64,000 bases of DNA from Sphyrna mokarran (lineage: Eukaryota): contig JAGIQG010000010.1 of NCBI GenBank assembly GCA_024679065.1, forward strand, positions 37,882,001 through 37,946,000, given 5' to 3'. Each line of letters starts with the position of its first letter. The first letter of the stretch is position 1. The notes beneath the pieces were generated by a model. The model saw nothing but the letters and a program-made list of their open reading frames with translations. It searched no databases and had not been told where the DNA came from. A program made the position numbers and the translations under genes. Below are positions 12,710 through 24,535 of the stretch, piece after piece.

Positions 12710-13770
12710 ATGAGGCCATAAGATTCAGGAACAGAATTAGAACTTTTGACGCATTGAGTCTGCTCCACCATTTGATCACTGCTGATATTTTGCTGAACCC
12801 CTTTCTCCAACCTTTTCCCCTAAGTTTTGATTCCCTTACCAATCAGCAACCTATCTATTTCTATCTTAAATACATTCCATAGCCTTGTGTTGCAATGAAT
12901 TCCATTGACTGACACTCTCTGACCAAAGAAATTCCTCTTTCTCAGCTAATAGAATCATACAATCATAGAATACCTAGATACAGAAGGAGCCATTCGGCCC
13001 ATCACGTTTGTACTACCACAATCCTACCCTGACATTATTCTTGTAATTCTATGTATTTATCCTGCTAACCCCCTGACATTAGGGTCAATTTAGCATATCC
13101 AATCAAGCTAACCCACATATCTTTGAAAGGAAGGAAACCCATACAGACACAGGAAGAAAATGCAAACTCCACACAGACAGTAATTTGAAGCCAGAATTAA
13201 ACGTGGATCCCTAGCGCTGTGAGGCAGCAGTATCAACTACTGTGACTGTTCTAAAGGATTGTTCCTCTACTGTAAGGCTGTGCCTTCAAATCCTAGTTTC
13301 TCCTAATAATGGAAACATCTTCTCCACGTCCATCCTTTCCAGGCATTTCAGCATTTTGTAAGTTTCGATGAGATCTCCCCCCATCTTTCTAAACTCCATC
13401 AAGTACAGACCCAGAATCCTCAAACATTTCTCATACTTCAAGCTTTTCATTCCTGGGATCATTCTTGTGAAAATTCTCTGGACCCTCTTCAAGGTCAGCA
13501 CATCCTTCCTCAGATACAGGGGTCAAAATTGCTCACAATATCCCAAATGTGCTCTGACCAAAGGCTTATAAAGCCTCAGCAGTACATCCCTGCTTTTCTA
13601 TTCTAGTCATATTAAAATGAATGCTAACATTGTTTTGCTTTCCTGTCTACCAAGTTAACCTTAAGGGATCCTGAACTAAGACTTCCAAATTTTTTGAGCT
13701 TCTGATTTCTGAATTCTTCCCCATTTAGAAATTAGTCCACGTTCTATTCTTTCTATCAAAGTGTTTCTTA
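12710..13770 (-). mobile_element. CR1 3' fragment interrupted by an HE1 SINE
   Basis: ORF 13286..13501 contains RVQRIFTRMIPGM...GDLIETYKML. Confidence 0.88.
12950..13245 (-). mobile_element. HE1 SINE
   Basis: tgcaaactccacacagacag, gcgctgtgaggcagcagt and (atcatag)n tail. Confidence 0.88.
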
Positions 13771-15947
13771 TTGATTTACCATACCTCCTCTCATATGAGC
13801 CCCCAATATTTAGCATACCTTTTCTAACACCCTCGTTATATGACTCACCAGAATACTAATGCCAGCATAATTCAGCACAGGGGAAGGCCATTCCATTGGC
13901 ACAGCTCTTATTTTCTCCAGTACTGGCACCAGTGCTAAATAAATCAAAACCAATTTTTCTCACACCTGTAAGTAACCATTCTGTGCAGAATCTCCGACTC
14001 AGGTTAGAGTTGGAGACTTTTGCAGAGAGTTCTGGGGAGCAGGGGAATTGCCCACCAGAGTTCAAACTTCCCAGGCAATTCCCAGATTTTTACTATCTAC
14101 GCTGTTAAGAGTCCCAATGCACAATTTGGATCATATGTCCAATCTGTGATGATCTAAAGACCAGAGGATCTGGGCTATTGTGTCTCTTTTATCTGCAATT
14201 TTCTACATAGTCTTTCCTATCATACAGGGACTTGTTTACACCTTGTGGCAGCTGTTCTCACTTAGTTAAAAAGTCCACTTTACAGCACCAGCTGTCAGGA
14301 TCAAAGACCCAGTTACTATGCATTGATCTAATGCTGTCAAGACAGAGTCACTCAGCAGTGTTTTGTGTGCAATTGAACATCTGAGCAAAGACATGTATTT
14401 GGAGCCAAAAGCAGTTCATGACAGGTAGCAGTGACAGTTGCTTACAGTGTCTGCCTGCTTTCCCCAATGGGTCACAGCATCTGATGCCAGCAGGTGAGGA
14501 GAGTGCATCTGTTTCTTTTCACTTGAGATCAAGGCTGAACCAATTGGACTGCTCTGTTACTCCTGACAAATATGCTGCTCCATGGGGTGGTGATGGGGAA
14601 ATGGCTGGAAATAAGTTCAGAAGCCAGGATATTCATTGAAAACAAAATAACAATTATAGCTTCAAGTTTAAGCAGCATTTTTCATTAAACTTCAAACTAC
14701 TTAAATGCATGGTTTTGTGTGAAAAAACATGGAAACATACTGCATCTGTACAGAAAAACCTAGGATATAAATAGACACTTAAAATAGTTGCAAAACACAT
14801 CTGATCTAATCTAGACATGTGTATTCAAGAAACTTTTCATTCATATCACAGCATTACAATACCAAAATACTTCAGAATAGATAAATTACTTTTGAAATGC
14901 ACTTAAGCAACATTTTCCCATTAATCTCAAAATGTTAAATTATCACTGACAAATGAGAGGAAGGCTGATGTCTGGCTGTTACATTCTGATTTGACTTTAT
15001 ATTCTGAATATATGGTTAATTCCTTTCATATCATGTGAAAAGAATGAAAGCTGCGGAATAGAAAGTGAAATCAGAAACATGGATAGATGTGTTAAGATGT
15101 ACTTAAATTGTTAATGTTATTATTCATACATTCATTTTAATCTCTGGAATGTTTCCACTCATGTTTCACACATCCAGCCCAAAGGTGGTGCTGGAACAAA
15201 AGAACTTGAGGGATGATGTGATAAATGTATGTTCCCAGAGCAGAATTCACATAGCCAGATACTTCTTAGGAAATTCAGTGCAAAGGTCAGCTCAATGCAA
15301 AAACCCATGCCCATAAATGGAGGGAAATTATGTCACATTAGAGTGGGATGCACTGAGTTTTCCATTTAAACTTCCAAAAGTTTCTCCTTCTCACTTAGCT
15401 AACTTTTAACACTTAATGAGCAATAGGAATGGAATTACATGGACCATTGTGACTGTTATTGTAGAAAACTGTTGTAGAAACCACCCTTTGATCTTTAACA
15501 GTTAATCTACCCTGTTTCACTGTTATTAGAGTTCAGATCAGGTCACATGATCCTCATCCTTCAATTATCCTATGTTTTAAGCTGCAATCCCTCCCAAAAT
15601 ATAACTTCATAATTGTAACACTTCACTAATTTGACAGATCACAATTTGACAATCACCTCCCTGTCCCTCACTCAAACAACTGGGTCTCTGATGCTCATCA
15701 AATTTTATGGTCTCTTTTCTTGAAAAAAGAGAGAACAGAATGGTGCGATTGTTTGTAAAGCTCGTGAGGAGTGGAGGAAATGACACCATTTTTGGTGAGT
15801 TGCTGTGAGTCATGGGAGTGAGAGGGTAACAGGTAGGTGTGAGCATTTCCTGTTCAGATGGAGATTGAGTTACCTGGGGAGAGAAAAAAATTGAAAATCT
15901 GCAAGCTGTGTTGACCTGAGAAGTGTACAGGAATGACAGGCAAATCA

Positions 15948-16165
15948 GATACAGAAACATTGAAAATAAGAGCAGGAAGAGGCCAGTCAGCCCTTCAAGC
16001 CAACTCCACAATTCATTATGATCATGGCTGATCATCCAACTCAATAGCCTACTCCTGCCTCCCCCCTCCCCCCTTATCCACTTATCCACTGATCTCCTCT
16101 GCTTCAAGAGGTATATTAACTCTTTCACGAAAAAGTACAATGTTTTGGTCTCAACTGCTTTCTGT
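15948..16165 (-). mobile_element. CR1 3' UTR fragment
   Basis: aataagagcaggaagaggcc...gatcatggctgatcatccaactc tail. Confidence 0.75.
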
Positions 16166-17206
16166 TGATTTGATTTATTATTGTCACATGAATTAGTAAT
16201 ACTCTATTGTTTCTTGCGTACTATACTATTTGTTCTTAATGGTAACGGAAACAAATCTCTCCCAAAGCAATTCTAATTCCAATCAACATTTAAGTCCAGA
16301 GTTACTTCTCAGGTTACTGCATACGATAATTATTGATCTTAAACACACTCTGTGCTGGTTTCTTATTCAATTATTCAGTGGCCTGTTAGTTAGTCTAATG
16401 TTCATCAGTAGTTCTTTCCTATTTTAGTATGCAGAAAACCACATTAATTTTATCACTCACAACTATGATGCAACATTGCTAATTAATACTGATTTAATCT
16501 GGATTCCCCTAATTACATCTAACTAAAAAGAAAACTGCAGTTTCAATCTCCAGAACAAACTTTGCAAGATAATGGTTTAAAATATTTAGTATTTTTGAAC
16601 AATGAGAATGGAAATGAGCAAAGAAGAAATTCAGTAAAAAATAAGACTATTGATGGGGAGAAAAGAGAACTGATAAAGCAAAACAAATACGGAAACCAAA
16701 TATTGCTGTGGTTTGCTCAATGATGATGCATAACAAAATCACTGGAATTTTGGTGTGCCTTCATTAGCATATCACTGATTTCAGCCTGACTTTGTGAGCT
16801 GTAAATTTATAGAACCAGTCAGCTCAATAAGTCAAGGACTTCCCAGCAGCAGCTACTGCTTTCAGGGTTAATTGGATCATTGAGCAATAAATAGAGTCAT
16901 CTGTATCTCATTGATAGTGGCAACCAATTCAACAAAAAGTCAGTAATTTGTCTTCTGTTTATAACCACAATCTTTGTGAATTTAATCAACTGATAAACAA
17001 AAGCCTTATCCTGAATACACCAAGTTCATTGCAGCAAACAATAAGAGCATTCAAGAGCTGCACAAACAGGCAGCTGCGGTAATAAAAATCTGGAATGTAC
17101 CGTCGGCTGAACCTGAGCCATGAGAGAAGCAGATTTCCAATTACGAATGGGTCTCTGGTTTTTAAATGAGAGGCGGGATAGTGAGTTTTTCTCTAATCTA
17201 TTGTAG

Positions 17207-17478
17207 GGCAGCATGGTGGCATAGTGGTTAGCATTGCTGTCTCACAGTTCCAGGGACCTGGGCTCAATTTCCAGTTTGGGTCACTGTCTGTATGGACTTT
17301 GCACTTCTTCCCTGTGTCTGCATGGATTTCCTCCCCCAGTTTGGAAGATGTACTGGTTAGATGCATTAACCCAAACACATGCCAGAGTGTGCTAACTAGT
17401 GGGATTTCACAGTAATTTCATTGCATTGTTAATGTAAGCATTACTTGTGACTAATAAATAAACTTTATTTTTACTTTA
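17207..17478 (+). mobile_element. tRNA-derived V-SINE (same family as 3540)
   Basis: gggcagcatggtggcatagtggttagcattgctg head and shared tail. Confidence 0.88.
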
Positions 17479-17637
17479 GATGTGACAAAATGCTCTTTTA
17501 TTTCTGTTCAAAACTTTAATGTTTTGGAAAAACTGTGTGATAACAAGTATTTATGTTATTAGAACAATTTTACTATTTATTTTAAAGGAGGCAATACTCT
17601 ATAAGTGATTAAACAGCTCTGTTCAAGCTGTTGACCA

Positions 17638-17845
17638 TGATGTAGAGATGCCGATGTTGGACTGGGGTAAACACAATAAAAAGTCTCACAACTCGAGGTT
17701 AAAGTCCAACCAGTTTATTTGATAGTAAACCCCCAAGCTTTCAGAAATACTCCCTTCATCAGGTGTGTGGAAGATGTTTCCAAAAGCTTGTAGATTTACT
17801 ATCAAATAAACTGGTTGGACATTAACCTGGTATTGTAAGACCTTA
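17638..17845. mobile_element. Penelope-derived fold-back mini-element with hammerhead core on minus strand
   Basis: Inverted arms gtccaaccagtttatttgatagtaaa / tttactatcaaataaactggttggac; minus strand reads CTGATGAagggagtatttctGAAA. Confidence 0.75.
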
Positions 17846-19237
17846 AGCTGTTGGCACCAGGCATTTATAAGGGTTAACAAGACCTAACTGTCTATTGTGT
17901 CTTGATTTTTGTTAGGTGCTCAGCAAGGGAAATACAAATGAGGCTCACCTATTAAATTCAGCACAGTTTCAAGGTCACCCTCACCTCCAAGTATGCTACC
18001 ACATTGGAACTCACTCATACCCAATATGCTTGAAATCAGCATGAGGTAGGCAATGCTTGGCAGCAGCAGGGGCAGCAGATGGCTGGAATTGTCACATTTT
18101 TTCTGATTCCCACTCCGCTCTGAATGGCGCACACGAAATCTAAAAATTTACTGACTAATCAAGGGCTTTAATAGTAGTAAGATGAGTTTTTCCTGTCTGA
18201 GGTCCCACCTGTCCCACAGTGAAATTGCAGCTCTGTTGAGGAGGACAAGATCTTAGAGTGAATACCGTCCATGCAATTTTACTCATCTCACCAGCATTTG
18301 CAACAAATGCTCACTTTACGTAGGAGCTTATCTCCATATCTCGAAGTTTCCACAGGCATCCAATCTATTTATCTGCTTGTGTAACTCACACTTGTGCAGT
18401 GTTTCTCCATCATCAAACTGAGTTTTTGGGGTTGTGAATTTAGTTTGTCCATTTTGATGTTACCCAACATGTTTCTCATTATAAATATATAATTATATCA
18501 TGTTTGATACTCCTTTTTATTAAATACATTTACTTGAATGATTTAAGCTGGAAGTAATTTCTGAATGTTTTTTGCTGTATTTGTTGAGTTGCATTGAATC
18601 TACAAAACAGAAACAAGCTATTCCATCCAACAGGTCTATATCTATACTGACATTTTATGCTCCATGTAAGATTGTTTTCAGCACACCTTTCTTTGAACTC
18701 TCCTATGCTTATCTGAATTCTTAAATGTACTGATGCAGTTCGCTTTATTTACTCTTTGGGGTAGCATATTACACATTATAAACATTCTCTGGGAAAGAAA
18801 TTTCTCCTGAATTCCCCAAATTTGTGGTTATCTTAATTTTATGACTTTTATTTTTATTTTTCTATATCTCTCCCATCAAAACGCTTCACTATTTTTCAAG
18901 ATTCTTTCTTAGCTACTTTGCAGCCATCTCTTTTATAAAGAAAATAAGCTCTAGCTTGTTTAGCCTTTCCTGATCATTGTAACCTCTCGCTTCAAGCATC
19001 ACCCTTGTAAATTCTATGAATGTTTAAGTCCTGCAACCAAAAACCTGACTGGAAGATGTTGCATATTTATCCAGAACCTCTTATCAAAATTTTTCTTGGA
19101 ACTTCTGGTTTAAATGGGCATTCTTAAAGGTATGTGGAGTTGAGACTTCTCCATGAGATTGATCTCAGGTAAGAGAGCTAAAATATTCAAGACTAAGAAG
19201 AATAGAAAGGATCCAAAAACATAATGGATGTTTGTGA

Positions 19238-19398
19238 TTTATATAATCCAGTCAGCTAAGGCAGAAAACTGAATGCTAGAAAAAAAAACTTGCATTTGTG
19301 TAAAACCTGTCACGGTCTCCGTTTGTCCTCACCATTTGACAATAAATGGAGTATTCTGGGAGTGTATTCATTGTTGTAATGTAAGGTGTTGCAGCAAG
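19238..19398 (+). repeat. 161-bp direct repeat, copy 1 (unique flank plus DeuSINE tail fragment)
   Basis: Apparently identical to 19846-20006. Confidence 0.95.
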
Positions 19399-19845
19399 GA
19401 AAATGTGCACAGCGAAGCTCTAAAAATACTTATATTTTAGAGTACAACTTAATAACTATCTCAGTATTCCATATTTTTTATCCTCCCAAGTCCTATTTCA
19501 CCTTGAGTAGCCTTGCTATTATGGTCACATACTGCTTTAAAACGTTTGACTTTGAGCTTGCATCGTTGGAGAATCTACTGAAAGGTGTTAGTTTCAATTT
19601 CTGGCATTTACAACCATTTTGTTTTTCTTTTAAGTGACTGTTGAAGTTCATCCATTATCTACTGGTCAAATGCCCTTGTTAAAATCTCCAATAATAATTA
19701 ATACCTGAAGAAAATGAGATACCACCGAGTTATCTCTCTCTGCCAAAGTGATTGATTGAAAGTAGCTAATTTTGCTAATGGGTTGAAATGACAAAACATA
19801 AGCTCCTTTGCCAAATGTAGTTCATATTTAAAAGGATGCAACAAC

Positions 19846-20006
19846 TTTATATAATCCAGTCAGCTAAGGCAGAAAACTGAATGCTAGAAAAAAAAACTTG
19901 CATTTGTGTAAAACCTGTCACGGTCTCCGTTTGTCCTCACCATTTGACAATAAATGGAGTATTCTGGGAGTGTATTCATTGTTGTAATGTAAGGTGTTGC
20001 AGCAAG
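19846..20006 (+). repeat. 161-bp direct repeat, copy 2, fused to the 5' end of a CR1
   Basis: Apparently identical to 19238-19398 and abuts CR1 at about 20008. Confidence 0.95.
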
Positions 20007-20007
20007 C

Positions 20008-20789
20008 AAAAAGTGTGAGGTAATGCACTTTGGCAGGAACAATAAATGTGTAGAGTATAGGGCTAATGGTAGGGCTCTTAATAGTGTTGAGGAACAGAAG
20101 GATCTTGGTGTATGTGTCAATAGATCCCTGAAAGTAGGCAGTCAAGTGGATAAAGTTGTTAAGAAGGCATATGGAGTCTTAGCTTTTATTGGTAGGGGGA
20201 TTGAATTTAGGAGCCGCAGCATCATGTTGCAACTGTACAAAACTCTAGTGCGGCCGCACTTGGAGTATTGTGTGCAGTTCTGGTCGCCACATTATAAGAA
20301 AGATGTGGAGGCATTGGAGAGGGTACAGAGGAGGTTTACCAGGATGTTGCCTGGTATGGAGGGCAGGTCCTATGAAGAGAGGTTGAAGGATTTGAGGTTG
20401 TTTTCGTTAGAAAGGAGGCGGCTAAGAGGGGATCTTATTGAAGCATATAAGATGATTAGAGGTTTAGATAGGGTGGACAGTGATAGCCTTTTTCCTAGGA
20501 TGGAGAAAGCTAGCACGAGGGGACACAGCTTTAAATTAAGGGGTATGAGTTATAGGACGGATATCAGAGGTAGGTTCTTTACTCAAAGAGTGATTAGGGA
20601 GTGGAATGCCCTGCCTGCAGCTGTTGTAGATGCGCCAAGTTTGGTGGCGTTTAAGAGGTTAGTTGATAAGTATATGGATGAGAAGGGAATGGTTTAGTTA
20701 GGAGGGGCATTGCTTTTTATTTTGGTCGGCACAACATCGAAGGCCGAAGGGCCTGTTCTGTGCTGTATTGTTCTATGTTCTATGTTCTA
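20008..20789 (+). mobile_element. Young 5'-truncated CR1 LINE
   Basis: Uninterrupted 224-aa ORF2 C-terminus (RPHLEYCVQFWSP, RFTRMLPG), 3' stem-loop ggccgaagggcc, (tgttcta)n tail. Confidence 0.97.
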
Positions 20790-21659
20790 ACTTGCATCAT
20801 GCAAAATATATCAATGATGAAACAAGACATAGAATAATTCGGGAGCAGTACAACTCAGACAACTTTTGGATATTGACATATGAAAAAAAGATCTGCTCCT
20901 TGTTTCAAGTGGATGTACAGTTTACACATAAACAATGGCGAGCACCATTAACCTCACTATTATTTTAATAGCATCATACCTGATTTCTTACCATAACTTC
21001 GGCAGAGCTCATTGAGAAATACTGATGTTGGCCATTTCTCCTTGATTTCTATTGGTCTTCTCTTGAAGTTGAAGTTTGAGATCAGGATTACTGAGCATCT
21101 GTGTGCCTGTCATAAGTTACTGATTACATTATGTGTCTTAATAATGAGCAAAGGTGCTGTGAAAATTTTCCCATAGAACTCCATGATGTGCATTGGTAGA
21201 CCACGATTTTCAGTAAAGATTCAGTACATTTAAAATGAAAAAGTGGAAGTGCCCACAACCAAATTCTTAATGTGTGCCAATACCCAATGCTATAAAGAAC
21301 CAATTCATAGAATTCTCCCTTAAGTATAGTGTTTGCAAAATGATTGGTTGAGTCTGACAGATTGCCTAGAGGCAAAAAAAATCTTTCAAGGATATCAGCA
21401 GAAGATGAATTTCTCCACAACACAAAGAATTGTAATAATAACTCAACTTTCAAGAGCTTCCATATGGGAAAGTAAACTCTCACTGGGCATTGATTGAAAT
21501 TCCATTTATATTTAAATTCCTTGTCATATAATTTTGTAATACTATAAACTTTGATTAATTGACTTCCATTTTTTAATTTTCTACCAGTTATTACTGCATT
21601 GCTGAGCAAATAATCAATGTTAATCTCTCTCGTGATCAGTACTTCCTATATTGTGAACA

Positions 21660-23000
21660 GGAATGAGCTTTCATTTTTCCTTTTATTCATTCCCGGATGC
21701 TGGTAAATATAGCATTTGTTGCACATCACCTTTGAGGAGACGATGAATCTCTGCACTCGTATAATGAAGATATATCCACACTGCTGTACAGAAAGGAAGT
21801 TCCAAGATTTAGAGCTAGTTACAATGAAGGAAAGGTAATAAAAGGGTGGGATTTTCATCCACCCCTCTCCTCCGCAGCACGTCTTCCAGTGGCAGAGGTG
21901 ACTCACTATTGGACAGTGGTGAGAACTTCTGGTCCTGCTCATGTCAATAATATTTTGCATTGTTCGCCAGCCACACTGTCAGGGAACCCACCACGGGAGT
22001 CACCATCGCCATTGGCATCATATCGGAAGATGCTGCTGGTGGGGAGGGCCAGAAAGTTAAGCCCATATTTCCGATCAAGATAGTTTGTGATTCAGAGGGA
22101 AAAATTGCAAGTGGTAGAGTTGCAGTTTTTGTTTTCGTCTCTAGTTTCTCTAGGTGGTAGAGGCCCTGGTTATAGAAATATTGCAAAAGGAGTTTTGGGG
22201 AGTTGTGGCATTGGAACCTGTACCTAGCTGCCACTATCTACCAGTGGCAGAGGGAGTGAATGTCTATGGTAGTTGATGGCATGCTGATCAAGCAAAATGC
22301 AATTCCCTGGATGGTGTCGAGCTTCTTGAGTATTGTAGGCAATGCACTCATGCAGGTAAGTGAAGAGTGTTCAATCGCACTCCTGGCTTGTGCCTGTAGA
22401 TGGTGGACAGGCTTTGGCAGTCAGGAGGTGAATTACTCACCAGAATTCCATATCTCTGATGTGGCTGATCTTTAATGCCACTGGCATCTCTCAAGGCTTT
22501 CGTAGTGGGGGAATTCAGAGATGGTAATGTCATTAAACATCAAAAATAAATGGGAAGATAAATGGAGATGATCATTGCTTGACATTTGTGTGAATCAAGT
22601 GTAACTTTGCCAATATCAGCCCAAGTCTGAAGGTTTACCAGGACTTGTTGCACGTAAGGCACAAACTGTTTCAGGACCTAAGGAGTTCAAAACGGTACTG
22701 AACACTGTGCAATCATCAATAAACATCACCACTTCTAACTTTATAATGAAGGGAAGATCATTTATAAAACTGCTGATGACATTTGGCCATAGGACACTAG
22801 CTTGAACAACTCCTAAAAAGTGATATCCTGGGGCTGAGATAGTGGCCCTCCAACAAACAGCCATCTTTTCCTTTGTGCTCAGTATTATTCCAACTAGTGG
22901 AGCTTTCCCTTGCAATTTTTCAGGGGCACCTTGATGTCACACTACAGTCAAATACTTCCTTGATGCTAAGGGCATTTCCTCTCACCTCACTTCCAAATAT
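21660..23000 (-). mobile_element. Second non-LTR retrotransposon family (CR1/L2 group), decayed
   Basis: ORF 22616..22915 contains FINDLPFII...MFIDDCTVFS (RT FADD region). Confidence 0.75.
21844..22064. mobile_element. Harbinger-type MITE inserted in LINE
   Basis: Imperfect ends gggtgggattttc / gaaagttaagccc; host LINE sequence is continuous across it. Confidence 0.5.
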
Positions 23001-24429
23001 GTGAATGGGTTGTGTACCCAACTGACTATAAAAGGCTGGCAATTACATGTACAATACTGATTCTTTCATATCGCTACTGAAAAAAATCAGTATGTTAGAC
23101 ATCCATTCAACTGTTAGCAGAAATTTCTGACGAATGTGATTTTTGTCTCTCAGTTTTCCAGCATTTGTTTTTGCTATGTAATTTGATCTGTATTTTTTAG
23201 AAAATGTATTGTTGAGGCTGATACATATTTGGACTTGCTGGCTGGTTGCAATAATGACTAATACCCTTTGAAACACGAGTATCACTCAGCCATTGGATAA
23301 CATAAAACTTTGCACTGGCTCTTTTAATTCTCCATATAATCACCGTTCCCATTCCCTGTCCGTTACAGGTAACTGCTCCAGTTCACTGGAGTTAATGTTG
23401 GGTTAGGTGTTGCTTGTTTGATTTTCAAGCCACTGTATTTCAAGTTGGACAAACATACAAAATAACGAAAGTCACTTGACTGAATCTGATCAACTTTGGT
23501 TGAATGTTTGTGTGTTAGCCCAGTTTTTTGGACCATACTTAAAAATTAATTCTGGGGCAATAGATTTTATTGGCAAGGCTGGCATATATGACACATCTCT
23601 GATTACCCTCCATAAGATCATTCTTCAAGCAGTTCATAAGGTAAAGGTAATTTTATGAGGCTGGTAAATTGTAGTTTTATGATAATGGATGACTTGGAAG
23701 ACATTGGTGAATAATGTGAAGATAGTGCGCCTGTTGACCTTTTAATTTTTGTTAATGGAGGCCATGGATGTAGGATAATCAACTTGAAATTTAAAACATT
23801 CCATCAACAGTTTAGAATTCCTATTTTACATGATGTCATCACCTGACTAATACCCATCTAGTGTCAATACTAATTTCAAAAAAATGTTCTTTCAAAGATT
23901 CAGATTTTATTTATCAACATCCTGCTAACAAGTAAATCATGGTAACAAATTGACCATCATAGGCATTTGTTCAACATACTTTCCACCCTATCACCAACCT
24001 CTTGTTGATGAATGACCAATCCATTATGGGGTTTGCTTAGGTCAAAACTATCATTCACTCAAATTTCTACACAAATTACATACCAAATTCACCTGTGTCA
24101 AAGCACTTTTTAGGAAGAAGTCACTGCACAATATTGAACTATAACAATCAATATTAGCAGACCATTAATTATGTGTGCTATATGTAGCAAAGCATTTAAA
24201 CAGAAAATTTTGGGTCACTAGGATAACTGAAAATTTATAGATGTAATGGGCCAGATTTCTTGTCCCAATTAGGTTATGAAGTGCATTTTATGGGCATTAA
24301 AATTAGTTTTGTGGACTCAAATCTCGGACACACGAACTCATTCCCAGTTTCAGCAGCCTTGACAGCATGGTATAAGTGGATGGATCATGTAAAAATAAGG
24401 TTAGTTATTACTCAATACTGTATTCCATT

Positions 24430-24535
24430 AATCTCTGATGAAGGATCATCCAGACTTGAAACAGTAACTCTATTCTCTCTCCACACATGCTGTCAGACTG
24501 TTTCCAGTATTTTCTGTTTTTGTTTCTGTAGTCTG
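24430..24535 (+). mobile_element. Penelope terminal-repeat fragment with hammerhead core
   Basis: CTGATGAaggatcatccagacttGAAAc followed by tctctctccacacatgctgtcagac. Confidence 0.65.

Noticed and set aside
15607-16140. 177-aa ORF
   Set aside because: Starts in a CR1 3' UTR and reads into unrelated sequence; no domain
17207-17290. tRNA gene
   Set aside because: tRNA-derived SINE head continuing into SINE body; no complete cloverleaf
21124-21609. 161-aa ORF
   Set aside because: AT-rich, non-ATG start, no recognisable motifs
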